From Patescibacteria group bacterium (GTDB lineage Bacteria; Patescibacteriota; Minisyncoccia; Phycocordibacterales; SBAW01): DNA of 64,000 nucleotides. The translations under genes and the position numbers were made by a program. The stretch covers positions 3,437 to 67,436 of the forward strand of contig JAIEMM010000012.1 in assembly GCA_019752125.1 (NCBI GenBank). The letters are read 5' to 3'. Below the pieces are notes generated by a model, which did not search any database, had not been told where the DNA came from, and worked only from the letters and a program-made list of their open reading frames with translations. This document shows positions 19,661 through 28,579 of this stretch, one piece after another (the first letter of the stretch is position 1; every line of letters begins with the position of its first letter).

Positions 19661-20011
19661 ATGGCTCGATCACTTAAAAAAGGACCATACGTAGACGAAA
19701 AGCTCCTCAAGAAGATTGAGGGTAAGAAACCGCAGACAGCTGAGGTTATTAAGACGTGGGCACGCCGCAGCCAGATCGCACCAGAAATGGTGGGGTTCAA
19801 ATTCGGCGTTCACAACGGTAAAACACACATAGAGGTGCTTATTTCAGAAGACATGGTGGGTCATCGCTTGGGTGAATTTGCTCTTACGAAGAAATTCGTT
19901 CGCCACGGCGGTAAGATGCAGAAAGAAATGGAACAGAAGGCGAAAGAGTCTGAAATCGCTTCTGCACAGGCCGCAAAAGCAGCTACCGACACTAAGGATA
20001 AGAAGAAATAA
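19661..20011 (+). CDS. rpsS: 30S ribosomal protein S19 with Lys-rich C-terminal extension
   Basis: [12 protein letters not shown]...GHRLGEFA S19 core; ~25-aa extra C-terminus. Confidence 0.9.
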   Translation: MARSLKKGPYVDEKLLKKIEGKKPQTAEVIKTWARRSQIAPEMVGFKFGVHNGKTHIEVLISEDMVGHRLGEFALTKKFVRHGGKMQKEMEQKAKESEIASAQAAKAATDTKDKKK

Positions 20012-20014
20012 TAT

Positions 20015-20377
20015 ATGGCAGGCGCAACCGCAAAACTTAAGAATTACCGCCAGTCGCCCCGCAAGGTGCGCTTGGTTGCTGATTTGGTTCGCGGCAAGCG
20101 CGTAGTCCAGGCTCTCGCAGAACTTTCCATGCTCCCTAAGCGTGCGTCTGAGCCAATGCAAAAGCTTATCAAGTCTGCTATGGCAAATGCAGGGGAGGGC
20201 GCAAGCGACCTCGTCATTTCGAAAATCGAAGTTAACGGAGGTATTGTCTTCAAGCGTTTTATGCCACGCGCCCGCGGCAAGGCATCGCCTATCCGCAAGA
20301 AGACAAGCATTGTTACACTCACCGTGACCCCAATGCCAAAGAAGCCAAAGCAAAAGAAGGCAGAAACCACAAAATAA
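20015..20377 (+). CDS. rplV: 50S ribosomal protein L22
   Basis: 120 aa L22. Confidence 0.95.
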   Translation: MAGATAKLKNYRQSPRKVRLVADLVRGKRVVQALAELSMLPKRASEPMQKLIKSAMANAGEGASDLVISKIEVNGGIVFKRFMPRARGKASPIRKKTSIVTLTVTPMPKKPKQKKAETTK

Positions 20378-20378
20378 T

Positions 20379-21047
20379 ATGTCTAAAGTAGTAAATCCAT
20401 TTGCACATCGTTTGGGAATCATCCATGACTGGCGTCATCGCTGGTTTGCGACGGGCCCTAAATTTCAGGAATATCTGAAAGCGGACATTCTCCTGCGCCA
20501 GTTTTTGCAGAAGGAGCTTCGCGGTATGTACATTGGTGGTATTGAGCTTGAACGCAATGACAAGACTCTCCGCGTCAAGATCTCAACCTCACGCCCAGGC
20601 GTTATCATTGGCCGCTCAGGTGAAGGTTCTACTAAGTTGAAGAACAAGATCACTGAATTTTTGACACGTCACAAATTAAACGCGCCTGAGATCAAACTCG
20701 ATATCGAAGAAATCCGCTCTCCTGAAAGCAACGCAGCTATCGTTGCGTATATGATCGCAGAGGGTCTCGAGAAACGCCTCCCATTCCGCCGTGTGTTGAA
20801 ACAAACAGTTGAGAAGGTGATGGCAAACCGCGATGTTAAGGGTGTTCGTATCGCTCTTGGCGGCATGCTCGGCGGTGGTTCTATGTCCCGCACTGAAGAG
20901 CTCAAGAAGGGTCGCGTACCACTCCAGACCTTCCGTTCAAACATCGACTACGCAAAGGAGCGCGCAAACCTTCCACTCGGCGTCATCGGTATCAAAGTAT
21001 GGATCTACAAAGGCGAAGTCTTTGCTGACAAGGCAAAAGAAAAATAA
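20379..21047 (+). CDS. rpsC: 30S ribosomal protein S3
   Basis: 222 aa S3 (KH + S3-C). Confidence 0.95.
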   Translation: MSKVVNPFAHRLGIIHDWRHRWFATGPKFQEYLKADILLRQFLQKELRGMYIGGIELERNDKTLRVKISTSRPGVIIGRSGEGSTKLKNKITEFLTRHKLNAPEIKLDIEEIRSPESNAAIVAYMIAEGLEKRLPFRRVLKQTVEKVMANRDVKGVRIALGGMLGGGSMSRTEELKKGRVPLQTFRSNIDYAKERANLPLGVIGIKVWIYKGEVFADKAKEK

Positions 21048-21050
21048 TTT

Positions 21051-21473
21051 ATGTTGTTTCCTAAAAAAGTAAAATTTAGAAAGTCTCACACGATGCGTCG
21101 CAATCCTAAACGCGAGATGGTTGCTTCTCGTGGTGCAACGATTGCCTTTGGCAGCCATGGTTTGAAGGCTACAACTGCTGCACGCGTTCGCTCAAACCAG
21201 ATCGAAAGCGCCCGCAAAGTTATCGCTCGCTCACTCGGTAAGACAGGTAAGTCATGGGTCCGCATCTTCCCCGATAAGCCATACACTCAAAAGCCGGCTG
21301 AAGTTAAGCTCGGTAAAGGTAAGGGAGATCCAGTTGGATACGAGGTCCAGATTTGGCCAGGCCGCATTTTGTTTGAAGTCGATGGCGTAGACGCAAAGCT
21401 TGCAACTACAGCGCTTATCAGCGCTTCAAAGAAGCTTCCGCTTAAGGCAAAAGTCGTAACACGCACCCACTAA
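21051..21473 (+). CDS. rplP: 50S ribosomal protein L16
   Basis: 140 aa L16. Confidence 0.95.
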   Translation: MLFPKKVKFRKSHTMRRNPKREMVASRGATIAFGSHGLKATTAARVRSNQIESARKVIARSLGKTGKSWVRIFPDKPYTQKPAEVKLGKGKGDPVGYEVQIWPGRILFEVDGVDAKLATTALISASKKLPLKAKVVTRTH

Positions 21474-21479
21474 ATCTAT

Positions 21480-21674
21480 ATGGCAAAGAAAACATCAATA
21501 AAAAATCATTCTGTCGAAGATTTGAACCGCCTTGTCAAAGACAAGCGTGAAGAACTCCGTACCTTGCGCTTTTCGGTCGCAGGTAGTAAAAATCGTAATG
21601 TGAAGCAGAGCAGAACGCTCCGCAAGGACGTTGCGCGCGCCCTCACGGCAATAAACGCTCACAAGAACGCATAA
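21480..21674 (+). CDS. rpmC: 50S ribosomal protein L29
   Basis: 64 aa L29. Confidence 0.9.
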   Translation: MAKKTSIKNHSVEDLNRLVKDKREELRTLRFSVAGSKNRNVKQSRTLRKDVARALTAINAHKNA

Positions 21675-21679
21675 CCTAT

Positions 21680-21931
21680 ATGGAAACCACTACACAAAAA
21701 AACATCAAAACCCTCCGAGGCGTTGTTACTTCGGACAAGATGCAGGAAACTGCGGTGGTTTCCGTGCAGCGCTATGTAAAGCACCCTAAATACAAGAAGT
21801 TCTTGAAGCAACATAAAAAGTACCACGTGCACAATCCGGGCAACCGCGCAAAGGAAGGCGAGAAAGTCGTCATCCGCTCATGCCGCCCACTTTCCAAGAC
21901 CAAATCGTTTGAAATCGTATTTGAGAATTAA
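21680..21931 (+). CDS. rpsQ: 30S ribosomal protein S17
   Basis: 83 aa S17. Confidence 0.9.
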   Translation: METTTQKNIKTLRGVVTSDKMQETAVVSVQRYVKHPKYKKFLKQHKKYHVHNPGNRAKEGEKVVIRSCRPLSKTKSFEIVFEN

Positions 21932-21934
21932 TTT

Positions 21935-22315
21935 ATGATCCAAGACCGCTCACTCGTTGTTGTTGCAGATAATTCAGGCGCCAAGATTGGCCGCATTTTC
22001 AAGATTCCTGGATCTTCTAAGAAGCGTTATGCGCAGATAGGGGAGATTGTTGTCTTGTCTGTACAGACAGCTGAACCTCGCAAGGCAGTTAAAAAGAAAG
22101 ACATCCTCAAGGGTGTTGTTGTTCGCCAGCGCCAGCCATTCCGCCGCAAAGATGGTTCGTACATCCGTTTTGATGAAAACGCAGTTGTTATCATCGAAGG
22201 CACAGGCAAGAACCCTAAAGAACCAAAAGCAGGACGCATCTTCGGTCCTATCCCACGCGAACTCCAGGAGCTCGGGTACCAGACAATCATCTCCCGTGCG
22301 CCGGAAGTCGTGTAA
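21935..22315 (+). CDS. rplN: 50S ribosomal protein L14
   Basis: 126 aa L14 (MIQDRSLVVVADNSGAK). Confidence 0.95.
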   Translation: MIQDRSLVVVADNSGAKIGRIFKIPGSSKKRYAQIGEIVVLSVQTAEPRKAVKKKDILKGVVVRQRQPFRRKDGSYIRFDENAVVIIEGTGKNPKEPKAGRIFGPIPRELQELGYQTIISRAPEVV

Positions 22316-22347
22316 AAATTTATTTTTACACCAATAAAAAGAATTTT

Positions 22348-22575
22348 ATGAATACATTACACATCAAGAAAGGCGATACCGTGGTAGTCCTATCAGGTAA
22401 CCACAAGGGCAAGTCTGGCAAAATCGTTAAGGCTTTCCCAAAGACCGGCATGGTATTGGTAGAAGGCATCGGCATGCACAAGAAGCATCAGAAGGCTCGC
22501 CGCGAAGGTCAGCAAGGACAGATAGTCGACAAGCACCACCCAATTGCCGCAAGCAAAGTAGCGAAGAAGAAATAA
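22348..22575 (+). CDS. rplX: 50S ribosomal protein L24
   Basis: 75 aa KOW-type L24. Confidence 0.9.
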   Translation: MNTLHIKKGDTVVVLSGNHKGKSGKIVKAFPKTGMVLVEGIGMHKKHQKARREGQQGQIVDKHHPIAASKVAKKK

Positions 22576-22578
22576 TAT

Positions 22579-23115
22579 ATGGCTAACCTCATTCAGGAAC
22601 AACAGAAAACTGTTTTCAATGACCTCAAAAAAGAATTTGAGTGGGCTAACGTCATGCAAGTTCCAAAAATTCAAAAAGTAGTTGTTTCAGTTGGTATTGG
22701 TTCAACTAAAGACAAAAACAAAATTAAGCTTATCGCAGAACGCTTGGCTACTATTACGGGCCAGAAGCCAGCAACTCGTATCACAAAGAAGGCTATTGCG
22801 TCGTACAAGACTCGCGTTGGTGATACTGTTGGCTACCAAGTAACACTCCGCGGTATTCGTGCACAGAATTTCTTGAACCGCTTGCTCCACATCGCGCTTC
22901 CTCGTACGAAAGACTTTAAGGGTATCCCAGCAAACTCAGTCGACGAGATGGGTAACTACACTCTTGGTATCAAAGAACACAGTGTGTTCCCTGAAACTGC
23001 AGACGAAGAACTCAAGGATATCTTCGGAATGGCTATCACTGTCGTTACTACTGCAAAGAACAAAGCAGAAGCAAAAGCATACCTCACACACCTCGGTTTT
23101 CCCTTCAAGAAATAA
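22579..23115 (+). CDS. rplE: 50S ribosomal protein L5
   Basis: 178 aa L5. Confidence 0.95.
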   Translation: MANLIQEQQKTVFNDLKKEFEWANVMQVPKIQKVVVSVGIGSTKDKNKIKLIAERLATITGQKPATRITKKAIASYKTRVGDTVGYQVTLRGIRAQNFLNRLLHIALPRTKDFKGIPANSVDEMGNYTLGIKEHSVFPETADEELKDIFGMAITVVTTAKNKAEAKAYLTHLGFPFKK

Positions 23116-23135
23116 TTTTTAAGAAATATGAAATT

Positions 23136-23163
23136 GGCCCCATGCGGGGCCTTTTTCTTTTTA
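23136..23163 (+). terminator. rho-independent terminator after rplE
   Basis: ggcccc-atgc-ggggcc then tttttcttttt. Confidence 0.75.
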
Positions 23164-23246
23164 TAAATCTACCTTGCTTTATGTTCCACAATTAGGCATA
23201 TTTCCTTTAGAGTTTTCGAGTACACCGTCCACACGAGGAGGATTCC

Positions 23247-23870
23247 ATGGACGTACATCATGAGCCTAAGCGGGCAGCGTTGAGTTCATATGGAGGAGGT
23301 GGAATAAGCCTCAACGGCCTGAACCGCGCGGAAGAGGATATCCTTGAAGGCGCATTCAGGACTGGCCACCACTGGGTCCGTATGGGGCAGAATGGCCGCA
23401 TCGAGCACACACCATCTTTCAATGCCTTGCCGAGTCCGGCTGACGATGACCGTATGCTCCCGTTTTGGAGGGAGGGTGAGAAAAAACCTCCTGTCCAACT
23501 GGAACTGTTCAGCCACGCTGAAACTGGTGACCAGCGCCTACACTCGAGTCGCTCATTCACCATCCAGCACCTGTGCGGCTACGGCTACACGCCGGAGAAG
23601 TACAAGGCGCAAGCTGCCCTCCTTGAGAGTTGGGGGTTCGAGTGTCTACGTTCCCGCCGGGGCAAGACTGGAGAGTTCTGGGAAATCTGGTTCTTGCCTG
23701 GTGTTTGGGCCGCCAAGGGCAGTCTAAAAACGGCAGTGCATCGACTCCCACAGAAAGAGCGGAACGAAGAGACTCAAGCAAAGCTTGCACTTGAATTTAT
23801 CCGTCGTAACGCAAGCTTCGGCACCTTGGACGTATCGGTTCAGCGTCTTGCCCAAGTGCTGGACGACTAA
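23247..23870 (+). CDS. hypothetical protein (207 aa), cassette gene 1
   Basis: ATG ORF; followed by cassette terminator; no recognisable domain. Confidence 0.5.
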   Translation: MDVHHEPKRAALSSYGGGGISLNGLNRAEEDILEGAFRTGHHWVRMGQNGRIEHTPSFNALPSPADDDRMLPFWREGEKKPPVQLELFSHAETGDQRLHSSRSFTIQHLCGYGYTPEKYKAQAALLESWGFECLRSRRGKTGEFWEIWFLPGVWAAKGSLKTAVHRLPQKERNEETQAKLALEFIRRNASFGTLDVSVQRLAQVLDD

Positions 23871-23893
23871 CATTCACGTGGCGACCCCGCAAG

Positions 23894-23946
23894 GGCCGCC
23901 CTTTTTCTTTTGACAAAGAAGTAGTGGGTAGGTAGGGTGGTTTCAG
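23894..23946 (+). repeat. 53-nt repeat copy A: terminator 3' half + promoter (TTGACA-N17-TAGGGT-ggtttcag)
   Basis: Identical to 24344-24396; TTGACA at 23910-23915, TAGGGT at 23933-23938. Confidence 0.7.
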
Positions 23947-23969
23947 ACTGCAACGTAAGGAGGTTCAAC

Positions 23970-24314
23970 ATGTCCGACTGGCTCGATCAGCTCCCATTAT
24001 TGCCCAAAAGTAAGGGGCGGTTGGAACATAAGGAGAGTTGGCCTGAAAAGCTGGCGCTTCAGGTGTTCGATCGGAAAGTACCTACCGACCAAAGGACCCA
24101 CGGTAACGCACTTTTCCAGATCCGCTCCGTGCTCGACCCTGTCACCGTGCAGGAAGACATCACCCACGTAAGGTCGTCAGCCCCTTTGCCTTTCTCGGAG
24201 CGCGATCAGCAGGTGTTCCTTGCGGTAATCCAATGGCTCGGCACTAATATTGGCCGAGGCTTCATGAGCGACTTTCAAAAGCAGCTGGACTCTGAATTTG
24301 AGCGTCGGCGTTAA
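23970..24314 (+). CDS. hypothetical protein (114 aa), cassette gene 2
   Basis: RBS aaggagg before ATG 23970; the upstream GTG (23937) lies inside the promoter repeat. Confidence 0.5.
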   Translation: MSDWLDQLPLLPKSKGRLEHKESWPEKLALQVFDRKVPTDQRTHGNALFQIRSVLDPVTVQEDITHVRSSAPLPFSERDQQVFLAVIQWLGTNIGRGFMSDFQKQLDSEFERRR

Positions 24315-24343
24315 TGTAAGAGCGACCCATCCAGGCCGCCCTT

Positions 24344-24396
24344 TTTCTTTTGACAAAGAAGTAGTGGGTAGGTAGGGTGGTTTCAGTTGATCAACG
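24344..24396 (+). repeat. 53-nt repeat copy B: terminator 3' half + promoter
   Basis: Identical to copy A; TTGACA 24360-24365. Confidence 0.7.
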
Positions 24397-24409
24397 AAAG
24401 GGGCTAGTT

Positions 24410-25045
24410 ATGCTCAGCATAGAGGAAAGATTTGTCGGAGCGTACATGTATGCGCTCAGTGAGGCGCTCATGCAGACGCGCGTAAAGGCTGTTGTGGACA
24501 CGGAAGCATCCGCGCTCTTCACTTTGGTAAAGTCGATTACGAATGGCGGTCTCACAAGCAAAAAGAAGCCTCACTCGCTCATTGAGCTACCCATCATTTT
24601 TGCTCTTCGCTTCCAGCGTGACCCCACAATGCGTACGCAGTTTGTGAAACACCAATTTCTTGAGTGTTCGAGGCAGGAGAAACGGAATGCACATGACCGT
24701 GCAATTCTCCGTAGTGCGTATCTGGCTGAGTTGCTTGAGGGTAGGGGTTCGAAAGGTGTCCAAGATTTCGTTCTTCGGAGCTACAGCACCGGCGTGCTCT
24801 TTACGACGGATGTCGGCGGGTTAGCGAAGGACGGGTTCTTCTTCCCTCTACCGGGCGGTGAGAAATCGATCTTTCCTTTTGTGCCGGGGGACGCACGTAT
24901 GTTCACCGCGGCATGCTTTGGGGCGCTCTACGGTCCAAAGAAGCTTACCTTTGCGGACTGGCAGGAAAAGCTGATCGAGAATCACTCCGGAATCAAGGAT
25001 CTCGGCCGCATGCTCTTCAGGGCAGCTTATGGTTACGAGGTCTAG
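24410..25045 (+). CDS. hypothetical protein (211 aa), cassette gene 3
   Basis: ATG 24410 after gaaagggg; no recognisable domain. Confidence 0.5.
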   Translation: MLSIEERFVGAYMYALSEALMQTRVKAVVDTEASALFTLVKSITNGGLTSKKKPHSLIELPIIFALRFQRDPTMRTQFVKHQFLECSRQEKRNAHDRAILRSAYLAELLEGRGSKGVQDFVLRSYSTGVLFTTDVGGLAKDGFFFPLPGGEKSIFPFVPGDARMFTAACFGALYGPKKLTFADWQEKLIENHSGIKDLGRMLFRAAYGYEV

Positions 25046-25056
25046 AACGATACAGG

Positions 25057-25110
25057 CGACCCATCCGGGCCGCCTTTTTCTTTTGCAATAAATTTTTTGG
25101 GTGGTATGGT
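25057..25110 (+). promoter_or_regulatory. cassette terminator (gcgacccatccgggccgcc + T-run) and degenerate promoter (TTGCAA-N16-TATGGT)
   Basis: Related to copies A/B but diverged after the T-run. Confidence 0.5.
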
Positions 25111-25167
25111 TGGCGCGGTTTGCCTCTCGCCAGAAAGGAGGGGTTAGTTCTACGTCAGGAGACCGTT

Positions 25168-26028
25168 ATGTCCAAGTCAACCGTTCTGCGTCATCCTTTG
25201 GCAGCACAGGGTGCTGTAATTCACGATGTTAGGAACTTTAAACACTGGGTCTCACTCTGGGATGAAATGTGGAAAAAGACTCCCGTCCAGAGCGAGTATG
25301 CAGAAGGTCTGCTACACGCAATCTTCAGCCCCACCCATACGATTTCTGAGCTTCGGGAAGTGTTCCATATCTGCGCCGTCCTTGCTGATGGACACAACTG
25401 TGAACGCTATTTCGTTGCGGAAGGGGAGAAGTACGGTGACTTTAGTCTTGCAGACATCGATTCGCCGCATTTGAACTACCATCCTCGTTGCAACTTGGCT
25501 CGGCGGGCATGGAGGGAGCTCTGCAACAACATGTTTGTCAGAGACACCTACAAGTCCCAATACACGTTGGCTCAGCTCTACGACTTCAGTCAGGGGATGG
25601 AGCCAAATGTGGTCGCGGAGGACATGCTCAGGCTGTTCCATCCTTCGCCTCCATATATGACTTCTCCAGACCATAGAAACTTCTACGGCAATACCAAGGA
25701 GGCGGGGAAGCACATCGAGACCTTTAAGCGTTTCCTGCGAGAGCTGTGGTGCCTGCATGATCCTGAGCGAGTGCCTAAGTATCTGCGTGAGCTGAGGGTG
25801 CGTTCCATCCCACATCTCGTCTGGTCGGGTATGGCCCCGGAGCTCATGAGGGACACTCCGGAAGTCTCTATGGAGGATGAGAATTGGCCTTACGATGAAA
25901 TCCTTGAGTATCTCAAGAGCAGGATTGCGTTCGGCGCGAAGGGCTTGTTGTCCAAGCAGCTTGCCAGCGGATCAGAGCTGACGATGCTCTATATCCAGTT
26001 CACTGCTCGTCGGAAGCTGCACAAGTAG
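25168..26028 (+). CDS. hypothetical protein (286 aa), cassette gene 4
   Basis: ATG 25168 preceded by gaaaggagg/caggag RBS; the longer ORF-track start overlaps gene 3 in another frame. Confidence 0.55.
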   Translation: MSKSTVLRHPLAAQGAVIHDVRNFKHWVSLWDEMWKKTPVQSEYAEGLLHAIFSPTHTISELREVFHICAVLADGHNCERYFVAEGEKYGDFSLADIDSPHLNYHPRCNLARRAWRELCNNMFVRDTYKSQYTLAQLYDFSQGMEPNVVAEDMLRLFHPSPPYMTSPDHRNFYGNTKEAGKHIETFKRFLRELWCLHDPERVPKYLRELRVRSIPHLVWSGMAPELMRDTPEVSMEDENWPYDEILEYLKSRIAFGAKGLLSKQLASGSELTMLYIQFTARRKLHK

Positions 26029-26042
26029 CGACCGTCGATGCG

Positions 26043-26072
26043 GGCGGCCCCAAAAAGGCCGCCTTTTTCTTT
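26043..26072 (+). terminator. cassette terminator D (ggcggcc...ggccgcc + T-run)
   Basis: 7-bp GC stem followed by tttttctttt. Confidence 0.7.
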
Positions 26073-26126
26073 TGCAAATCGAAATTTTAGAAATATTTCA
26101 GTACTCATTTTGCTATTCTCGTCAGA

Positions 26127-26193
26127 GCTGGCAGCACGGTGCGGCACAGGATTGCTAATCCAGGCGTCGAAGGTTCGAGTCCTTCTGCCAGCG
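26127..26193 (+). ncRNA. tRNA-like element / probable pseudo-tRNA (67 nt; good acceptor and T arms, collapsed D-arm; nominal anticodon GCU)
   Basis: GCTGGCA/TGCCAGC acceptor pairing, GAAGG-TTCGAGT-CCTTC T-arm, TTGCTAA loop; only 13 nt where the D-arm should be; no CCA. Confidence 0.35.
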
Positions 26194-26263
26194 TACGTTG
26201 ACCTTAGTAGCTTTGCGGAAGTATCATTACTAACGAGGATAATCCTCTGGCGCTGGCAGAAAC

Positions 26264-26295
26264 AAAACCCCCGTTTGAGCGGGGGTTTTTGTTTT
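26264..26295 (+). terminator. strong rho-independent terminator (aaaaccccc-gtttgag-cgggggttttt)
   Basis: Ends the tRNA-like transcription unit. Confidence 0.75.
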
Positions 26296-26318
26296 ATATG
26301 GCGGAGTATAGAATTTGT

Positions 26319-26347
26319 TTGACTTCCAGGGTGGGGTCAAGTATATT
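26319..26347 (+). promoter_or_regulatory. candidate promoter for rpsN-secY block (TTGACT-N17-TATATT)
   Basis: Near-consensus hexamers; followed by hairpin+T-run (26352-26378) and a ~115-nt leader. Confidence 0.55.
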
Positions 26348-26493
26348 GCTTGAAGCCCATCAGGGCTCCTTTTTTCTGTAAGGTGCCGCTTAGTCGCAAG
26401 GCGAGGCATACCCCCAGAATCATCCTTCGACAGGCTCAGGATAAATAACCAGAGCTCGATCGGAGAAAAGATAAAGAAAGGGATACTATATCC

Positions 26494-26679
26494 ATGGCAA
26501 AGAAATCTACAGTCGCACGCTCAAACAAGACCCCGAAGTTTAAGTCGAGGGTCGTTCGCCGTTGCTTCCGCTGTGGTCGCAAGCGCGCCTTTATGCGTGA
26601 CTTCGGTATGTGCCGCGCTTGCTTCCGTGAAGCAGCCAACGAAGGTCTTATTCCGGGCGTCCGCAAATCATCTTGGTAA
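26494..26679 (+). CDS. rpsN: 30S ribosomal protein S14, Zn-ribbon (type Z)
   Basis: 61 aa with CxxC...CxxC. Confidence 0.9.
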   Translation: MAKKSTVARSNKTPKFKSRVVRRCFRCGRKRAFMRDFGMCRACFREAANEGLIPGVRKSSW

Positions 26680-26682
26680 TTT

Positions 26683-27072
26683 ATGTTAATGGACCCAATC
26701 TCAGATTTCATAATTCGTATCCAAAACGCTTCTCGCGCAAAGCTTAGTGTTGTCTCTTTGCCGTACTCAAATATGAAAGAGGCAATTGCTGAAGTTCTCG
26801 AGCAAGAAGGCTACATCACAGGAATCGACAAGAAGGCAAAGAAAGAAGGCGTGCTCTCAGTTACCCTTGCATACAAAGATGGTGTGCCAGTCGTACAGGG
26901 AGTAAAGCGCATCTCTAAACCATCACGTCGCCTTTATGTTGGTGTTCGCGATATCAAGCCAGTTAAACGCGGATATGGTGCAGTTGTCCTTTCAACTCCA
27001 GCAGGTGTTATGAGCGGCAAGCAGGCCAAGATCAAGAATGTTGGCGGCGAAATCCTTTTCGAAATCTGGTAA
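26683..27072 (+). CDS. rpsH: 30S ribosomal protein S8
   Basis: 129 aa S8. Confidence 0.95.
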   Translation: MLMDPISDFIIRIQNASRAKLSVVSLPYSNMKEAIAEVLEQEGYITGIDKKAKKEGVLSVTLAYKDGVPVVQGVKRISKPSRRLYVGVRDIKPVKRGYGAVVLSTPAGVMSGKQAKIKNVGGEILFEIW

Positions 27073-27085
27073 TTCTGAAATTTAT

Positions 27086-27619
27086 ATGTCACGTCTTGCA
27101 AAACAACCAATCGCGATACCGCCTAAAGCTGAAATTTCTATTTCAGATAATTCTATCGTGGTAAAAGGACCAAAAGGCACACTTACAAAGCCTACACACC
27201 GCCTCGTAAGCGTTGAGGTTGTGCCTGAAGGTGTGCAGGTTGCTGTCCGCGGTACTTCGCTTGAGGGCAAGGCACTTGTCGGCACCTACGCATCGCATGT
27301 CAAAAATATGTTCAAGGGCGTTACTGAAGGCTACACAAAGAAGCTTTTGATCGAAGGTGTCGGCTACAAGTGGGATGTCGCAGGAACAAAGCTCAACCTT
27401 GCGCTTGGCTTCTCGCACCCAGTTCATGTAGAAATCCCTGCAGGTCTTACGGTTAAAGCAGACAAGGGTGCCCTCACAATTGAAGGTCATGACAAAGAAG
27501 AGGTTGGACAATTTGCCGCAAACATCCGTGCGATGAAGAAGCCAGAGCCGTACAAAGGCAAGGGCATCCGCTACGATGGGGAAGTTATCCGCCGCAAGCA
27601 AGGTAAGAAAGCCGCATAA
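27086..27619 (+). CDS. rplF: 50S ribosomal protein L6
   Basis: [12 protein letters not shown] start; two L6 domains. Confidence 0.95.
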   Translation: MSRLAKQPIAIPPKAEISISDNSIVVKGPKGTLTKPTHRLVSVEVVPEGVQVAVRGTSLEGKALVGTYASHVKNMFKGVTEGYTKKLLIEGVGYKWDVAGTKLNLALGFSHPVHVEIPAGLTVKADKGALTIEGHDKEEVGQFAANIRAMKKPEPYKGKGIRYDGEVIRRKQGKKAA

Positions 27620-27624
27620 ACTAT

Positions 27625-27930
27625 ATGGATACTAATCGGCAACGCCGCCACAACCGAATACGCGCAAAAGTTAAGGGTACTCCTGAACGCCCACGCCTGT
27701 GTGTGTACAAATCGAACAAGTACCTCGAAGCGCAAATCATCGATGATGTTAGCGGCCGCACCTTGGTCGCAGGCAAAATGGATGATGCCCAGAAGTTGGG
27801 CACAGAACTTGCTAAGAAGGCAAAAGCAGCCGGTATTACCAAGGTTGTGTTCGATCGCGGAGGTTTCCGCTATACTGGCGCAGTTGCAACACTTGCTGAT
27901 GCGGCACGAACGGGAGGTCTGGAATTTTAA
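27625..27930 (+). CDS. rplR: 50S ribosomal protein L18
   Basis: 101 aa L18. Confidence 0.9.
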   Translation: MDTNRQRRHNRIRAKVKGTPERPRLCVYKSNKYLEAQIIDDVSGRTLVAGKMDDAQKLGTELAKKAKAAGITKVVFDRGGFRYTGAVATLADAARTGGLEF

Positions 27931-27965
27931 AGAAAATTTGAAGTTTACGAAGATAAATTAAAAAG

Positions 27966-28571
27966 ATGGCTGAATTAGAACAAAACGTCACAGAAACACC
28001 AGAAGTAGCTACTGAAGAAGCAGTGGCTGTTGACGCTACGTCTGCACCTGCAGAAACCTCTCCTGCTCGTGCTCCTCGTGGCCGTGGTGGTCGTCCTGAG
28101 CGTGGTGGTCGCCGCCCATCAAGCCGCCCTCCTCGTCCAAAAAGCGAATTTGATCAGCGCATGATCAATATCCGCCGCGTTGCCCGCGTTGTTGCAGGTG
28201 GCCGCCGCTTCTCTTTCAGCGTTGCTATCATTTTGGGTAACAAGAAAGGAAAAGTTGGCGTAGGTCTCGGCAAGGCAGGGGACACAACACTCGCTATTGA
28301 AAAAGCAGTTCGCGATGCAAAGAAAAACATGATCACTGTGCATCTTACGAAGGACAGCTCTATTGCACACGAAGTCTCAGCAAAATACTGTGCCGCACGC
28401 GTTTCAATGATGCCAGCAAGCGGCCGTGGGTTGGTTGCAGGTTCATCGGTTCGCCCAGTGCTTGAGCTTGCCGGTGTTACTAACACGGTTGCAAAGATCC
28501 ACTCAGGTAGCAAAAACGGTCTTAACAATGCACGCGCCGCAGTCGAGGCGCTTCGTAAGCTCAAAGCCTAA
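27966..28571 (+). CDS. rpsE: 30S ribosomal protein S5 with Arg/Gly/Pro-rich N-terminal extension
   Basis: S5 dsRBD + C-domain; low-complexity N-terminus. Confidence 0.9.
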   Translation: MAELEQNVTETPEVATEEAVAVDATSAPAETSPARAPRGRGGRPERGGRRPSSRPPRPKSEFDQRMINIRRVARVVAGGRRFSFSVAIILGNKKGKVGVGLGKAGDTTLAIEKAVRDAKKNMITVHLTKDSSIAHEVSAKYCAARVSMMPASGRGLVAGSSVRPVLELAGVTNTVAKIHSGSKNGLNNARAAVEALRKLKA

Positions 28572-28579
28572 ATACCAAC

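Noticed and set aside
24913-25167. 5' extension of cassette gene 4 (ORF-track start 24913)
   Set aside because: Overlaps cassette gene 3 in another frame and spans its terminator/promoter; RBS-supported ATG at 25168 preferred.
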